NCBI GenBank assembly: GCA_017557195.1
Contig: JAFZAL010000007.1
Span: forward strand, 7,260-71,259
DNA length: 64,000 nt
Source of the DNA: Thermoguttaceae bacterium
GTDB taxonomy: Bacteria; Planctomycetota; Planctomycetia; Pirellulales; Thermoguttaceae
Direction: 5' to 3'
Positions 55,013 through 64,000 of the stretch are shown here, piece by piece (position 1 is the stretch's first letter; each line of letters begins with the position of its first letter). Both the position numbers and the translations under genes were made by a program. The notes under the pieces were generated by a model. The model saw only the letters and a list, made by a program, of their open reading frames with translations. It made no database searches and was not told the DNA's origin.

Positions 55013-56077
55013 ATGCAAAACATTGTTCTTTGTTATCCTGTAAATGAAGCTCAAATAGAGCAAATCACTCAAGCCGCCGGACCGGAATACAATATAATTT
55101 CAGTTGGTCAGAAAGAAATCAAAGAAGCGATTTTCGACGCGGATATTTTCTGCGGACACGGAAAGCTGACCGGCGCGGCTGGCATCGATTGGGATGCGGT
55201 TGTCGAAAAAGGGCGTCTTCAGTGGATTCAGTCGTCTGCGGCGGGCATGGACCATTGCCTCGTTCCCGCTACGATTAATTCCTCTATTCACGTAACCAGC
55301 GCGTCAGGCGTTTTGTCTGATCAGGTTGCGGAACATACAATCGCGCTGTTGACCGGGTGGATGAGACGTCTTAAAACGTTTGTTCTGGCGGAATCAACCC
55401 GAGATTTTACGCGCCGTCCGACCTGGGATTTGACGTATCGAACCGTTCTCATCGTTGGATTGGGCGGGGTAGGGCGGCGCCTGTCGGAACTGCTGCGCCC
55501 GTTCCGCGGCAAGATCATGGCGGTTGATCTCTTCCCGGACAAAGTCCTTCCGCCAACGGTTGACGAACTCTATCCGGCAGACGAACTCGACGCTGTTTTG
55601 CCCAAGGCGGACGTCGTTGTTACATGTTTGCCGTTGAATCAGTTTACTCGCAAGACGTTTAACGCAGAACGATTTTCCAAGTTCAAAAAGGGCGCGCTGT
55701 TTGCCAACATGGCGCGAGGCGCTTTGGTTGACCACGACGCCATGGTTGCCGCGCTGGATTCTCAGCAGCTTATCGGCGCTGTTATGGACGTTACCGACCC
55801 GGAACCGCTTCCGCCGGAAAGCCCGTTGTGGGAACGTCCGAACGTGTTAATAACGCCGCACGTTGCCGGACAAAGCCGCTGGAGAATCGAGAATATGACG
55901 TATATGTTCTGCGAGAATCTTCGTCGCTGGAAAGCGGGCGAGCCGCTGGTAAACTATCTGACCAGAAAAGAACTCGGGTTCCCCATGCGAGGAACCGGAC
56001 ACCCGCTCTGGTCGGAAATCGCTCAGGACATCGTCCCGAAACAGCGCGGCGAAATGGGCGTCGAGACATTTTATTGA
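55013..56077 (+). CDS. NAD-dependent D-isomer-specific 2-hydroxyacid dehydrogenase family protein
   Basis: NAD-binding VLIVGLGGVGRRLSELL. Catalytic-region pattern ANMARGALVD...D.EPLP..SPLW...NVLITPHVAG. Confidence 0.88.
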   Translation: MQNIVLCYPVNEAQIEQITQAAGPEYNIISVGQKEIKEAIFDADIFCGHGKLTGAAGIDWDAVVEKGRLQWIQSSAAGMDHCLVPATINSSIHVTSASGVLSDQVAEHTIALLTGWMRRLKTFVLAESTRDFTRRPTWDLTYRTVLIVGLGGVGRRLSELLRPFRGKIMAVDLFPDKVLPPTVDELYPADELDAVLPKADVVVTCLPLNQFTRKTFNAERFSKFKKGALFANMARGALVDHDAMVAALDSQQLIGAVMDVTDPEPLPPESPLWERPNVLITPHVAGQSRWRIENMTYMFCENLRRWKAGEPLVNYLTRKELGFPMRGTGHPLWSEIAQDIVPKQRGEMGVETFY

Positions 56078-56084
56078 TAAACGC

Positions 56085-56300
56085 ATCTTTTTAAACACGA
56101 AAAACACGAAGCGCATAGTGCATAGTGCATAGTGCATAGTGCATAGTGCATAGTGCATAGTGCATAGTGCATAGTGCATAGTGCATAGTGCATAGTGTAT
56201 AGTGTATAGTGCATAGTGCATAGTGCATAGGACGCAAGCGCTCATCTCACTAAGCGCTAACCACTTACCACTAACCACTTACCACTATTTCGTGTTAAAA
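56085..56300. repeat. chimeric element with a 17-unit GTGCATA microsatellite as left arm, exact core, and ACTTACC-family right arm
   Basis: Starts aaacacgaaaaacacgaa. About 17 units of (GTGCATA) span 56111-56230, two of them GTGTATA. Core ACGCAAGCG at 56232-56240. Right arm ctcactaagcgctaaccacttaccactaaccacttaccact. Ends tatttcgtgttaaaa. Confidence 0.9.
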
Positions 56301-56316
56301 AAACTCACTTACTGCC

Positions 56317-57222
56317 ATGGATAATCGTAAAATAATCGGAATCGGAGAATTGCTTTGGGACTGCGTTGGTGAAAGCCGCCGTCCAGCCGGCGCGCTGGCA
56401 AACGTCGCCTATCACGCTACTCAATGGGGACTGCCGTCCAGTCTTTTCTCTCGCGTTGGAAACGATGCTTTGGGTAAGGAACTGACAGATTATCTCGCCA
56501 GCCGCGGCGTGGATACGTCCTGTATTCAAATTGACGACAAACTGCCCACTTCGACTGTAGACGTCGACGTATCTCGACCGGACAAGCCGACGTTTGTCAT
56601 TCACGAAAACGTTGCCTGGGACAACATGCAGTACACGCCTCAATGGGAACAGCTGGCGTACGAAGCGCAGGCGCTTTGTTTCGGTACGCTGGCTCAGCGG
56701 TGCGATGTGTCTCGAGATACGCACGATTGCGTTCTGGCGGCCATTCCCGAGGACTGCCTGACGCTCTTTGACCTCAATTTGCGTCCGCCGTTCTTCTATC
56801 GGAAATGGATTGAACGGTCGCTGTTTTCTGCCTGGATTGTTAAAATCAGCGCAGACGAAACGGAATTCTTCGCCAACGAAATGGGTTTTGGCATTTCCAC
56901 GCCGGGAAAGGAACTCGCCAGAGCGATTCGAGAGAACTTCAGCATTCCCGTCGTTTGTTTTACGTTTGGGAAAGACGGCTGTTCTCTCTATACCGATGAC
57001 GACTCAATCGTCCTGCCGGGCGTTCCGATTCAACCGCTGCCCGGCGCGGACGCGGTGGGCGCCGGCGACGCCTTCGACGCCGCTTTGATTTACGGGTTCC
57101 TCAACGAATTCCCGCCGGAAAAGACGCTCAATCTGGCAAACCGCGCCGCCGCTTACGTCGCTTCGCAGATTGGATCCATGCCGGATGTGAAAGAATTCTA
57201 TCAAACGCTGCTCAATGAGTAA
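56317..57222 (+). CDS. PfkB-family carbohydrate kinase (fructokinase-like)
   Basis: 301 aa. N-terminus IGIGELLWD. C-terminal PfkB signature DAVGAGDAFDAALIYG. Sugar specificity is not determinable. Confidence 0.88.
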   Translation: MDNRKIIGIGELLWDCVGESRRPAGALANVAYHATQWGLPSSLFSRVGNDALGKELTDYLASRGVDTSCIQIDDKLPTSTVDVDVSRPDKPTFVIHENVAWDNMQYTPQWEQLAYEAQALCFGTLAQRCDVSRDTHDCVLAAIPEDCLTLFDLNLRPPFFYRKWIERSLFSAWIVKISADETEFFANEMGFGISTPGKELARAIRENFSIPVVCFTFGKDGCSLYTDDDSIVLPGVPIQPLPGADAVGAGDAFDAALIYGFLNEFPPEKTLNLANRAAAYVASQIGSMPDVKEFYQTLLNE

Positions 57223-57253
57223 CTCAGCGCGCTGCGACCTGAATAATTAGCGC

Positions 57254-57301
57254 CCGTCTGAACAGTTTCCATGAGATTGTTCAGACGGCTTTTCTGTTGT
57301 T
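57254..57301 (+). terminator. rho-independent terminator after the PfkB kinase gene
   Basis: Stem ccgtctgaaca (57254-57264), 13-nt loop, stem tgttcagacgg (57278-57288), then cttttctgttgtt. Confidence 0.7.
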
Positions 57302-57552
57302 GACAAAAAGATTGCTCTAAATTATATAAATATAATCAGATTAAATAATAAAATTAACGATTGATTTTAATCTTTTCTATTCAAAAACTTGAAAAACTTT
57401 AGCATTTCTTTGAACTTTTTAAAAAAATTTTCAGAAAATCTGTTATTTGGGGTCTGTTCGATCCGTAAATTTAGAGTATATTGAGTAGAATATTTAATAT
57501 ATAATTGTAGTAGTATTTAGATTGACGAATTATCACATCACAGAAAAGATAA

Positions 57553-59967
57553 ATGGAAAATAGACCGAATAACCGTCCTGACGATTCCGAAAGAGACAAC
57601 GACTCTCCCAATTCGCGAATGGAGAACAACAGGAATTCTGACAGCGAAGGCCGCCCGCCGCGGCAGGGGATTCCCTTTTTTGTCGTTTTGCTCATTATTG
57701 CGATTTTGATTTTCCTTATGCCGTCCAGCTGGTCTGGAAGTCAGGAAGGGGAAATTCCCTACGGCATGTTTATCGAACAGCTTCAAAACGATAACATCGC
57801 CAAAGTCGAGATGGTCGGGGCTAAAATTACCGGCGAGTTCAAAAATCCGCCGTATAATCCGGAATATTTAGAGTATTGTACGAGTAAAGGTTTGCCTTTG
57901 CCGCCCGATGCGACTAAACCGGAACAAAAGTCAGAAGAGCCAGCCCCGGCAGAATCGACTCCGTCAGAATCAGCTCCCGCCCAGTCAGCGCCTGCTCAAC
58001 CCGAGTCCACGGGAGAACAGCCCGCGGAAGCAAATCCTTCTCAATCCGCCCCTGTTGAGCCTAAAAGCGAAGTTTCCAACGCTCAACAAGCGGAAAAAAC
58101 AGCTGCGGAATCAAAACCAGCGGAAGAATCTAAACCCGCCGCGTCTGCAAAGCCTGCTGAAATAAAGCCTGATGATTCTTCAAAGAAAGAATCGGACAAA
58201 AAGGTCAAACGTGGCTTTTTCCTTCGCACTCCGCCTGAGAAATTGGGGAAAAAGTTCTTTTGCATCGCTCCGGTTTTGACATTGCAGGACAATTCCGTCA
58301 ACCAGCTTTTGACCGAAAAGCTTGGAGAGAACTATTCTGCGTCCGAGCCGCCTGACTATTCCAACTATTTGGCGATATTGTACATTATCATAACAGTTGG
58401 CATTTTTATCTTTATTCTGTTTATGATGAGACGCTCTCGGGAACAGATGGGCGGCGGATTCATGTCGGGCTTTAGCCGATCTCCAGCCAAAAAGTTTGAA
58501 CCGTCTCAGGGTCGAACTACGTTCAAAGACGTTGCCGGTCTGGACGGGGTTAAAACCGAGCTGGAAGAAATCGTTGAGTATTTGAAAAATCCTGAGAAAT
58601 TTGCCAAACTTGGCGCTCGAATTCCCAAAGGCGTTTTGCTCAACGGCCCTCCCGGAACCGGTAAAACCCTTTTGGCGCGCGCTGTTGCCGGAGAGGCGGA
58701 CGTCCCGTTCTTCTCTATCAACGGTTCGGAGTTCATTCAGATGTTTGTCGGCGTTGGCGCCAGCCGCGTTCGCGATCTGTTTGGCTCTGCCAAAGAACAG
58801 GCTCCTGCTATTATTTTCATAGACGAAATCGACGCTGTTGGACGTCTTCGCGGAACAGGCGTCGGCGGCGGACACGACGAACGAGAGCAGACGCTTAACC
58901 AGATTCTGTCTGAAATGGACGGCTTCGCCCCGACGGAATCCGTTATCGTTATGGCGGCGACGAACCGCCCGGACGTTCTCGATCCGGCGCTGCTTCGTCC
59001 TGGACGATTTGACCGGCACATTACTGTTGACCGTCCAACGTCCAAAGGTCGTTTGGAGATGTTCAAAGTTCATACGCGGCACGTTCCTCTGGCGCCAGAC
59101 GTTGATTTTCAGCGTTTGGCGGCGGCGACAATCGGCTTGACAGGAGCCGATATTCGCAACATCGTCAACGAAGCCGCTCTTTGGGCAACGCGTCATGACA
59201 AAGAAGCCGTTGACATGTCAGACTTTGAATACGCCAAAGACAAAGTCATCATGGGCGCAAAGCGGGAAGAAGTTCTTACAGAAAAAGAACGGCGTATGAC
59301 CGCCTACCATGAAGCGGGACACGCTCTGCTGGCGTGGCTGACCCCTGGCAGCGAACGCGTCAATAAAGTTACGATTGTCCCGCGCGGGTTCGCTTTGGGC
59401 GTAACTCAGCTTGTTCCAGACGAAGATCGGCTGAGCGTATCCGAATCCCAGCTTCGCGACCGTCTGGCGTTTATTATGGGCGGGCGCGCGGCGGAAAAAG
59501 TCGTCTTTGGCGAAGTTACCGCGGGCGCGGAAAACGACATCAAACAGTCAACGTCGATCGCTCGCAAGATGGTTGTCAACTGGGGCATGAGCAAACGAAT
59601 CGGGCCTGCGGCGTTTAAGGTTTCGGAAGAACACCCGTTTTTGGGCAAGGAAATTTCCGCCGGCTCGCGAGATTTCAGCGAGTACACCGCTCAAATTATC
59701 GACGAGGAAGTTTTGCTCATTCTTCGAGAAGCGGACTCCAGAGCGGAGGAAACGCTTCAGGAGCATCGCAACAAGCTGGACGCTTTGGCGGAAGCCCTTT
59801 TGCTCAAAGAAGAATTGACGGAATCGGAAATTGAAGTCATTCTTGGCGCGCCGGCATATAAAAAAGCCGACACGGATTCAGACGAGTCAGAGTCAAACGC
59901 CGATTCGCAGGACGACGTTCAGCCGAAAGACGAATCCTCGTCAGACGATCCGGAGGATAAAGACTGA
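57553..59967 (+). CDS. ftsH: ATP-dependent zinc metalloprotease FtsH (long form with low-complexity insertions)
   Basis: Walker [19 protein letters not shown]. Walker [33 protein letters not shown]. Zinc motif HEAGHAL. 804 aa, including a ~110-aa Pro/Ala/Glu/Ser-rich insert between the two TM helices and an acidic C-terminal tail. Confidence 0.95.
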   Translation: MENRPNNRPDDSERDNDSPNSRMENNRNSDSEGRPPRQGIPFFVVLLIIAILIFLMPSSWSGSQEGEIPYGMFIEQLQNDNIAKVEMVGAKITGEFKNPPYNPEYLEYCTSKGLPLPPDATKPEQKSEEPAPAESTPSESAPAQSAPAQPESTGEQPAEANPSQSAPVEPKSEVSNAQQAEKTAAESKPAEESKPAASAKPAEIKPDDSSKKESDKKVKRGFFLRTPPEKLGKKFFCIAPVLTLQDNSVNQLLTEKLGENYSASEPPDYSNYLAILYIIITVGIFIFILFMMRRSREQMGGGFMSGFSRSPAKKFEPSQGRTTFKDVAGLDGVKTELEEIVEYLKNPEKFAKLGARIPKGVLLNGPPGTGKTLLARAVAGEADVPFFSINGSEFIQMFVGVGASRVRDLFGSAKEQAPAIIFIDEIDAVGRLRGTGVGGGHDEREQTLNQILSEMDGFAPTESVIVMAATNRPDVLDPALLRPGRFDRHITVDRPTSKGRLEMFKVHTRHVPLAPDVDFQRLAAATIGLTGADIRNIVNEAALWATRHDKEAVDMSDFEYAKDKVIMGAKREEVLTEKERRMTAYHEAGHALLAWLTPGSERVNKVTIVPRGFALGVTQLVPDEDRLSVSESQLRDRLAFIMGGRAAEKVVFGEVTAGAENDIKQSTSIARKMVVNWGMSKRIGPAAFKVSEEHPFLGKEISAGSRDFSEYTAQIIDEEVLLILREADSRAEETLQEHRNKLDALAEALLLKEELTESEIEVILGAPAYKKADTDSDESESNADSQDDVQPKDESSSDDPEDKD

Positions 59968-59996
59968 TCCTTCTGTCAGAACGTCTTTAGAATAAC

Positions 59997-60040
59997 AAAA
60001 AACAACAGGGAATCGACGCAAATCGATTCCCTGTTGTTTT
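59997..60040. terminator. bidirectional rho-independent terminator between convergent ftsH and the Cys-rich gene
   Basis: Perfect 16-bp stem aacaacagggaatcga (60001-60016) / tcgattccctgttgtt (60023-60038) with loop cgcaaa. Flanked by an A-run on the left and a T-run on the right. Confidence 0.75.
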
Positions 60041-60074
60041 ACTAATTCTTAGAACTGTTTTGCATTATTTTAGC

Positions 60075-60698
60075 TCAGTTGCAAGCCGGGGCGCAAGCCG
60101 GGGCAGCGGGAGCGGCGCAAGCCGGAGCCGGAGCGCAAGGTCCGCAAGCCGGAGCCGGAGCGCAAGTACCGCAAGCCGGGGCGCAGGGACCGCAGGAACC
60201 GCACGGCGCGAACAGGTTAGCGAAGAATCCGTTGAACGGATAGCAAGGATCGCTGAACAGGCGCGGTTTGCAAGGATTGCAGGCGTCGCAAGCTCCGCAG
60301 GAACCGCAAGCCGGGGCGGCGGGGGCGCAAACCGGACCGCAAGCCGGAGCCGGAGCTCCGCAACCGCATCCGCAGGAACCAGCTGGCAAACCGCACTGAT
60401 TGCATTTGCAGCTGAAAATGTCGCGAATGTTGCCCAAGACGCAGCGAAGAACCGGGAAGCACGGGGTGCAAGGATCGCACGTTCCACAAGCCGGGGCAAC
60501 AGGACCGCAGGTTGTGCAAGGAGCAGCGCAGGCGGGAGCCGGGGCGCAAACCGGGGCGGCGGGGGCGGCGCAGGCTGGAGCCGGATCGCACGCGGGTCCG
60601 CAAGGATTGCAGGAACTGCATCCGAAAAGAGCAGCCTGAGCGCTGTAAGCGCTAACAAGACTAATAATCGCAACAACACTAATGACTACACGTTTCAT
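60075..60698 (-). CDS. secreted cysteine/proline/alanine-rich protein (38 Cys in 207 aa)
   Basis: Of four overlapping ORFs in this GC-rich tract, only this one has all three supports: an SD (aaaggag about 9 nt upstream of the ATG), a classic signal peptide (MKRVVISVVAIISLVSAYSAQAA) and a terminator just downstream. The body is built of CGPCAPAPAC-type repeats. Confidence 0.7.
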   Translation of the reverse strand: MKRVVISVVAIISLVSAYSAQAALFGCSSCNPCGPACDPAPACAAPAAPVCAPAPACAAPCTTCGPVAPACGTCDPCTPCFPVLRCVLGNIRDIFSCKCNQCGLPAGSCGCGCGAPAPACGPVCAPAAPACGSCGACDACNPCKPRLFSDPCYPFNGFFANLFAPCGSCGPCAPACGTCAPAPACGPCAPAPACAAPAAPACAPACN

Positions 60699-61090
60699 AC
60701 CAGAAACTCCTTTAAAATAAAAATGGGTTGAAAAATTTTTAATCGTAGTGGAAACAGTCTGTTCCCATTGGATGTTTACAACATCGACATAATCGATTGA
60801 ATAACTTTTGATTGAAAAATCCTTTTTTTCTATTGTCAGCTAAATTCCTGTTAAAATGTAACGATTATTCCGGATAATTTGCCATAAATGCCCAAAATCC
60901 CCCAGATTCCGGGCGGTTTTGGACATTTATTTAAATTTTTTTAATATTTTTCAGGAAAATCGCATGGGAAGCCCTTGTCATTTCTAAAAAAATAAGTTAT
61001 TATATAGTTTGTTAAATGTAATTGTCAACGTTCAATAAATATTGTGTTAATATTAAAAACGTTGGCGCATGTATTTGAGAGGAATTAACA

Positions 61091-61309
61091 ATGAAAAAGA
61101 CTTTCGCTTTTGTTTGCGCTTGCCTGTTTGGTTTGGCAGTTGTTGGTTGCGATCAACCGGCTGCTACGGACACAACTCCTGCCGCTCCGGCTGATGAAAC
61201 CCCCGCTGCTGAAGCTCCGGCTGATGAAGCTGCTCCTGAAGCTGCTCCGGTTGTCGAAGAAGCTCCGGCTGAAGAAGCTGCTCCGGCTGAAGAAGCCCCG
61301 GTTGAATGA
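61091..61309 (+). CDS. small acidic Pro/Ala/Glu-rich lipoprotein
   Basis: SD gagagga 8 nt upstream. Lipobox LAVVGC after a basic/hydrophobic N-terminus. The mature part is PA/PE low complexity. A clean terminator follows. Confidence 0.6.
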   Translation: MKKTFAFVCACLFGLAVVGCDQPAATDTTPAAPADETPAAEAPADEAAPEAAPVVEEAPAEEAAPAEEAPVE

Positions 61310-61394
61310 TTTGTCATTCACGGTTGTGGATTGAATTCTAAAAATAATGCAGATTTTGAGTCATTCAAATCTACATTATTGAAATGCAAATAAT

Positions 61395-61424
61395 AGGGCG
61401 TTTATTTTTAACGCCCTTTTTTAT
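61395..61424 (+). terminator. rho-independent terminator
   Basis: Stem agggcgtt (61395-61402), loop tattttt, stem aacgccct (61410-61417), then a T-run. Confidence 0.75.
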
Positions 61425-61450
61425 TTTATTTAAGAAATCTGCTGTCAACG

Positions 61451-61879
61451 GTGTCGGATGTCGTTCGTTCTGCTGTACTGCATGTACTGGTATTAATTGT
61501 CAGTCTTGTTTTTGTGTGTGCGCCGGCGCTAATGGTTTTGACGCCTGACAAGCATTGCCGATTCATCTGGGCAGATAAACCCACGCCTAAGTTGTGCGGA
61601 TTCAAACTGATTACCGGGCACGACTGTCCCGGCTGCGGCATGACCCGCTGTTTTGTCTGTATGGTTCATGGGAACGTTCTTGAGGCGATTCATTTTCATC
61701 CCTGGGGAGCGGCGGCGTATATGCTGTTGCTTATTCAGATTCCATATAGAATTTACGCTTTGATTCGTCTTCGCCGCGGACTTCCCAATTGGTATTTCCC
61801 ATACTGGATGCAATTCTTCTGCGTTTTTTTGGGGTTGTATTTTGTTCAGTGGTTTATTCGACTTTATTACGGAGCCTGA
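61451..61879 (+). CDS. DUF2752-family membrane protein
   Basis: Signature CGFKLITGHDCPGCGMTRCF (CPxCGxTR) followed by hydrophobic helices. GTG start; the start is uncertain. Confidence 0.7.
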   Translation: MSDVVRSAVLHVLVLIVSLVFVCAPALMVLTPDKHCRFIWADKPTPKLCGFKLITGHDCPGCGMTRCFVCMVHGNVLEAIHFHPWGAAAYMLLLIQIPYRIYALIRLRRGLPNWYFPYWMQFFCVFLGLYFVQWFIRLYYGA

Positions 61880-61883
61880 CGCT

Positions 61884-62867
61884 ATGTGGATTCTATCGAC
61901 TGTTGTTTTGCTGTCCGTTTTAGTATGGTTAGTTCTTTTTACAAATCGAAAGCGTTTAACGGCGTCTCGATTGGCGTCAATTGGGAGTCGGCTGGTTCAG
62001 TATGCGCTGATGATTCTGGTTTTGTTAACCGGGACGATGTCTGTAATTCAGGCTGCCGGTTTGGGAGATCGTTTTGTCTTTGTGCCGACGAAGTCCGTAT
62101 CCCGATATTGGAATCCTGACCGCGCCGAGTTCAAGCCGGAAGACGTGTATTATCAGTCTCCCTCGGGTAATAAAATTCACGCCTGGAGAATAACGCCCCA
62201 TCTTGAACCTGGGCAAAAACCGAGTTGCTATATCATCTATTTCCATGGCAATTCCGGGAATCTGACCCATCATTATTATTACAACATTTGGCTGGTAAAG
62301 AACTTAAATGCTGAAGTCTTTGCTGTGGATTACAGCGGGTATGGAGAAAGTACAGGACATCCAACAGAAAAGAACTGTTACGCCGATGCGTTGGCTGGTA
62401 TGAAGGAATTCGTCAAACGGGCGGGAATTGAGCCGGGACAGGTGATTCCGATGGGGCGTTCTTTGGGCGGCGCGATGGCTATGCAGTTGGCGATGGACAT
62501 GCAGAAGGCGGGAACGCCTTGCAGGGCTGTTGTTCTGGAAAGCACATTCAGCAGCATTACCGACATGGCGAACAACGCCATTCTTGGCGGGGCTTCTTTT
62601 GTTACAACCAAAATGGATACGAATTCAAAGCTCCAGAAGTATACCGGGAACGTGTTAATTACCCATGGAAAGCAGGACTCTGTCGTTCCGTACGTTCAGG
62701 CGTTGAAGAACTACAAAACCGCATCCGGCGTGGAAACGCGTCAGGGAAAACTGGCGTTTATCATTCATCGTTTGGATCACATGGACATTCCTGACGGCTA
62801 CGCTGAGGCTCTTCGCGATTTCTTCGACGGCAAGCTGGAAGGGAAAGTCAATCTGCCCAGAGAGTAG
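61884..62867 (+). CDS. alpha/beta-fold hydrolase with N-terminal membrane anchor
   Basis: Oxyanion-type YFHGNSGN. Nucleophile elbow GRSLGG. Late HG..D and H residues. The ATG at 61884 lies 5 nt after the upstream stop; the ORF-track start at 61842 overlaps the upstream gene. Confidence 0.8.
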   Translation: MWILSTVVLLSVLVWLVLFTNRKRLTASRLASIGSRLVQYALMILVLLTGTMSVIQAAGLGDRFVFVPTKSVSRYWNPDRAEFKPEDVYYQSPSGNKIHAWRITPHLEPGQKPSCYIIYFHGNSGNLTHHYYYNIWLVKNLNAEVFAVDYSGYGESTGHPTEKNCYADALAGMKEFVKRAGIEPGQVIPMGRSLGGAMAMQLAMDMQKAGTPCRAVVLESTFSSITDMANNAILGGASFVTTKMDTNSKLQKYTGNVLITHGKQDSVVPYVQALKNYKTASGVETRQGKLAFIIHRLDHMDIPDGYAEALRDFFDGKLEGKVNLPRE

Positions 62868-62930
62868 CGCTGCCGTTTGATTGGGGAACCGTTATTTATC
62901 CGTTTTTTAATTTGTAACAAAAAAATTATC

Positions 62931-63725
62931 ATGCTTATTGCCACCTGGAACGTCAATTCTGTTCGCACTCGTTTACCACGATTAATTCCTTGGCTTCAGC
63001 AGGATCAGCCGGATATTGTCTGTCTGCAGGAAATCAAATGTACGGAAGAACAGTTCCCGTTCAAAGAGATTGAACAGGCGGGATACAGCGTCATTCTCAA
63101 CGCTCAAAAGACGTACAACGGCGTTGCAATCTTGTCGCGAATGGAGCCAGACGACGTCCAGGTCGGGTTCGAGTATTGGGACGATACATTCAACGGGAAA
63201 TCATGCGCCCGGCTTCTTTCAGGCTGGTATACGGACGACGAAGGACGAACGATTCGGGTGGTCAACTGTTACGTTCCCGTCGGCGACCAGCCCGGTACGG
63301 AAAAGGCCCAGTACAAGCTGGACTGGTACGAAGCTCTGATAAACGAGCTTACCATTTCCGCCTCGCCGGACGACGAAATTGTTCTGGTCGGCGACATGAA
63401 CGTTTTTCGTTCTGCTATCGACGCCAAGTCTCCTCAAACTTACGAAGGCGGACCGCTGGGCTATCCCCTTTTGCGAGAGAAGTTTGACTCACTTCTCAAA
63501 TGGGGGTTTCATGACGTTTTCCGGGAATTGTACCCTCAAAAGGTTGATTATTCGTGGTATGATTATCGGAGTTTGGGATTCGAACGCAAAGACGGCTTGA
63601 GAATCGACTATATTCTCGCAACGCGCCCGACCGCCGCCCGATTCAAGGAAGTCAAAATGGAAATCGACATGCGCGCCGGCGAGAAACCCTCTGACCATTT
63701 GCCGGTCATTGGATTGTTGGAATAA
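62931..63725 (+). CDS. xthA: exodeoxyribonuclease III
   Basis: Motifs MLIATWNVNSVRTRL, DIVCLQEIK, GDMNV, RIDYILA and SDHLPV are ExoIII/EEP-family motifs. I prefer the ATG at 62931 over the upstream TTG. Confidence 0.92.
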   Translation: MLIATWNVNSVRTRLPRLIPWLQQDQPDIVCLQEIKCTEEQFPFKEIEQAGYSVILNAQKTYNGVAILSRMEPDDVQVGFEYWDDTFNGKSCARLLSGWYTDDEGRTIRVVNCYVPVGDQPGTEKAQYKLDWYEALINELTISASPDDEIVLVGDMNVFRSAIDAKSPQTYEGGPLGYPLLREKFDSLLKWGFHDVFRELYPQKVDYSWYDYRSLGFERKDGLRIDYILATRPTAARFKEVKMEIDMRAGEKPSDHLPVIGLLE

Positions 63726-63861
63726 AAAACGTAATTGATTGCTATAGCGCGAAAAAGGTCGTTTCCCCTTGACCGCCCGGCTCTATACGCTATAATATAT
63801 TTAGTTTAACGTCGAAGTATCGGCGGATATTTTATCTTAACTTAAATCCCTGATTACCAAC

Positions 63862-64000
63862 ATGACTGACCAACCGCTTCCCTCCTATATTCCGGAAGAC
63901 GAAGATAAAGAAGCCTTGCAAAAAATGGACAAACGCACTCGAGCGCGCATAGTCGCTTTTCAGATGTGCGTTCAGGACGACGCCAATCCGCAAGCCCCGG
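63862..64000 (+). CDS. 5' fragment of an ORF running off the window (weakly NusB-like N-terminus)
   Basis: The ATG at 63862 is followed by 46 open codons (MTDQPLPSYIPEDEDKEALQKMDKRTRARIVAFQMCVQ...). The R.RAR...A.Q pattern is reminiscent of NusB, but the fragment is too short to call. Confidence 0.3.
   Translation, partial: MTDQPLPSYIPEDEDKEALQKMDKRTRARIVAFQMCVQDDANPQAP

Noticed and set aside
56106-56230. Regularly spaced direct repeats that might suggest a CRISPR array
   Set aside because: The period is 7 nt with no spacers, so this is a GTGCATA microsatellite. No cas genes are present in the window. The same applies to the 30716-30800 arrays.
55847-56278. 143-aa minus-strand ORF with a CTMHYAL heptapeptide repeat
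   Set aside because: It is simply the stop-free strand of the GTGCATA microsatellite read in frame. It overlaps the 3' end of the dehydrogenase gene and has no start context.
60060-60731. Three additional long ORFs (60060..60731 +, 60065..60679 -, 60217..60621 -) overlapping the Cys-rich gene
   Set aside because: They arise because the tract is GC-rich and low-complexity, leaving several frames open. Only 60075..60698 (-) has an SD, a signal peptide and a properly placed terminator.

Overview
A 64 kb chromosomal segment of roughly 50% GC. I read it as a Planctomycetota (PVC-group) bacterium, on three grounds: two tandem DUF1559 / H-X9-DG pseudopilin-like genes, a PEP-CTERM protein, and several giant low-complexity envelope proteins with few strong Shine-Dalgarno sites. 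I support about 38 protein-coding genes and one tRNA-Arg(CCU). I found no rRNA, CRISPR array, transposase, integrase, prophage or recognisable defence genes. Housekeeping genes I recognise are purT, ppx, prc, fxsA, scpA, rsmH, ftsH and xthA, plus an M16 peptidase, a PfkB kinase, a D-2-hydroxyacid dehydrogenase and a GNAT. They are interspersed with secreted or envelope proteins: a 2083-aa thioester alpha-2-macroglobulin, a Pmp-repeat PEP-CTERM protein, a discoidin/beta-propeller/2xCXXCH protein, a LysM giant, two J-like membrane-anchored proteins and a 38-Cys secreted protein. The most striking signal is not a gene. Nearly every intergenic region, and at least four coding regions, carries a hairpin-type repeat. 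Its arms are tandem 7-nt units that differ between copies but are complementary within a copy, and they flank a conserved core close to GGACGCAAGCGC. Most unit types put TAG or TAA in all three frames, approached from either side. One unit type is stop-free in all six frames, and it is the only type that forms a complete element (both arms plus core) inside a coding region. All product calls rest on motifs I recognise by eye; no database search was run.
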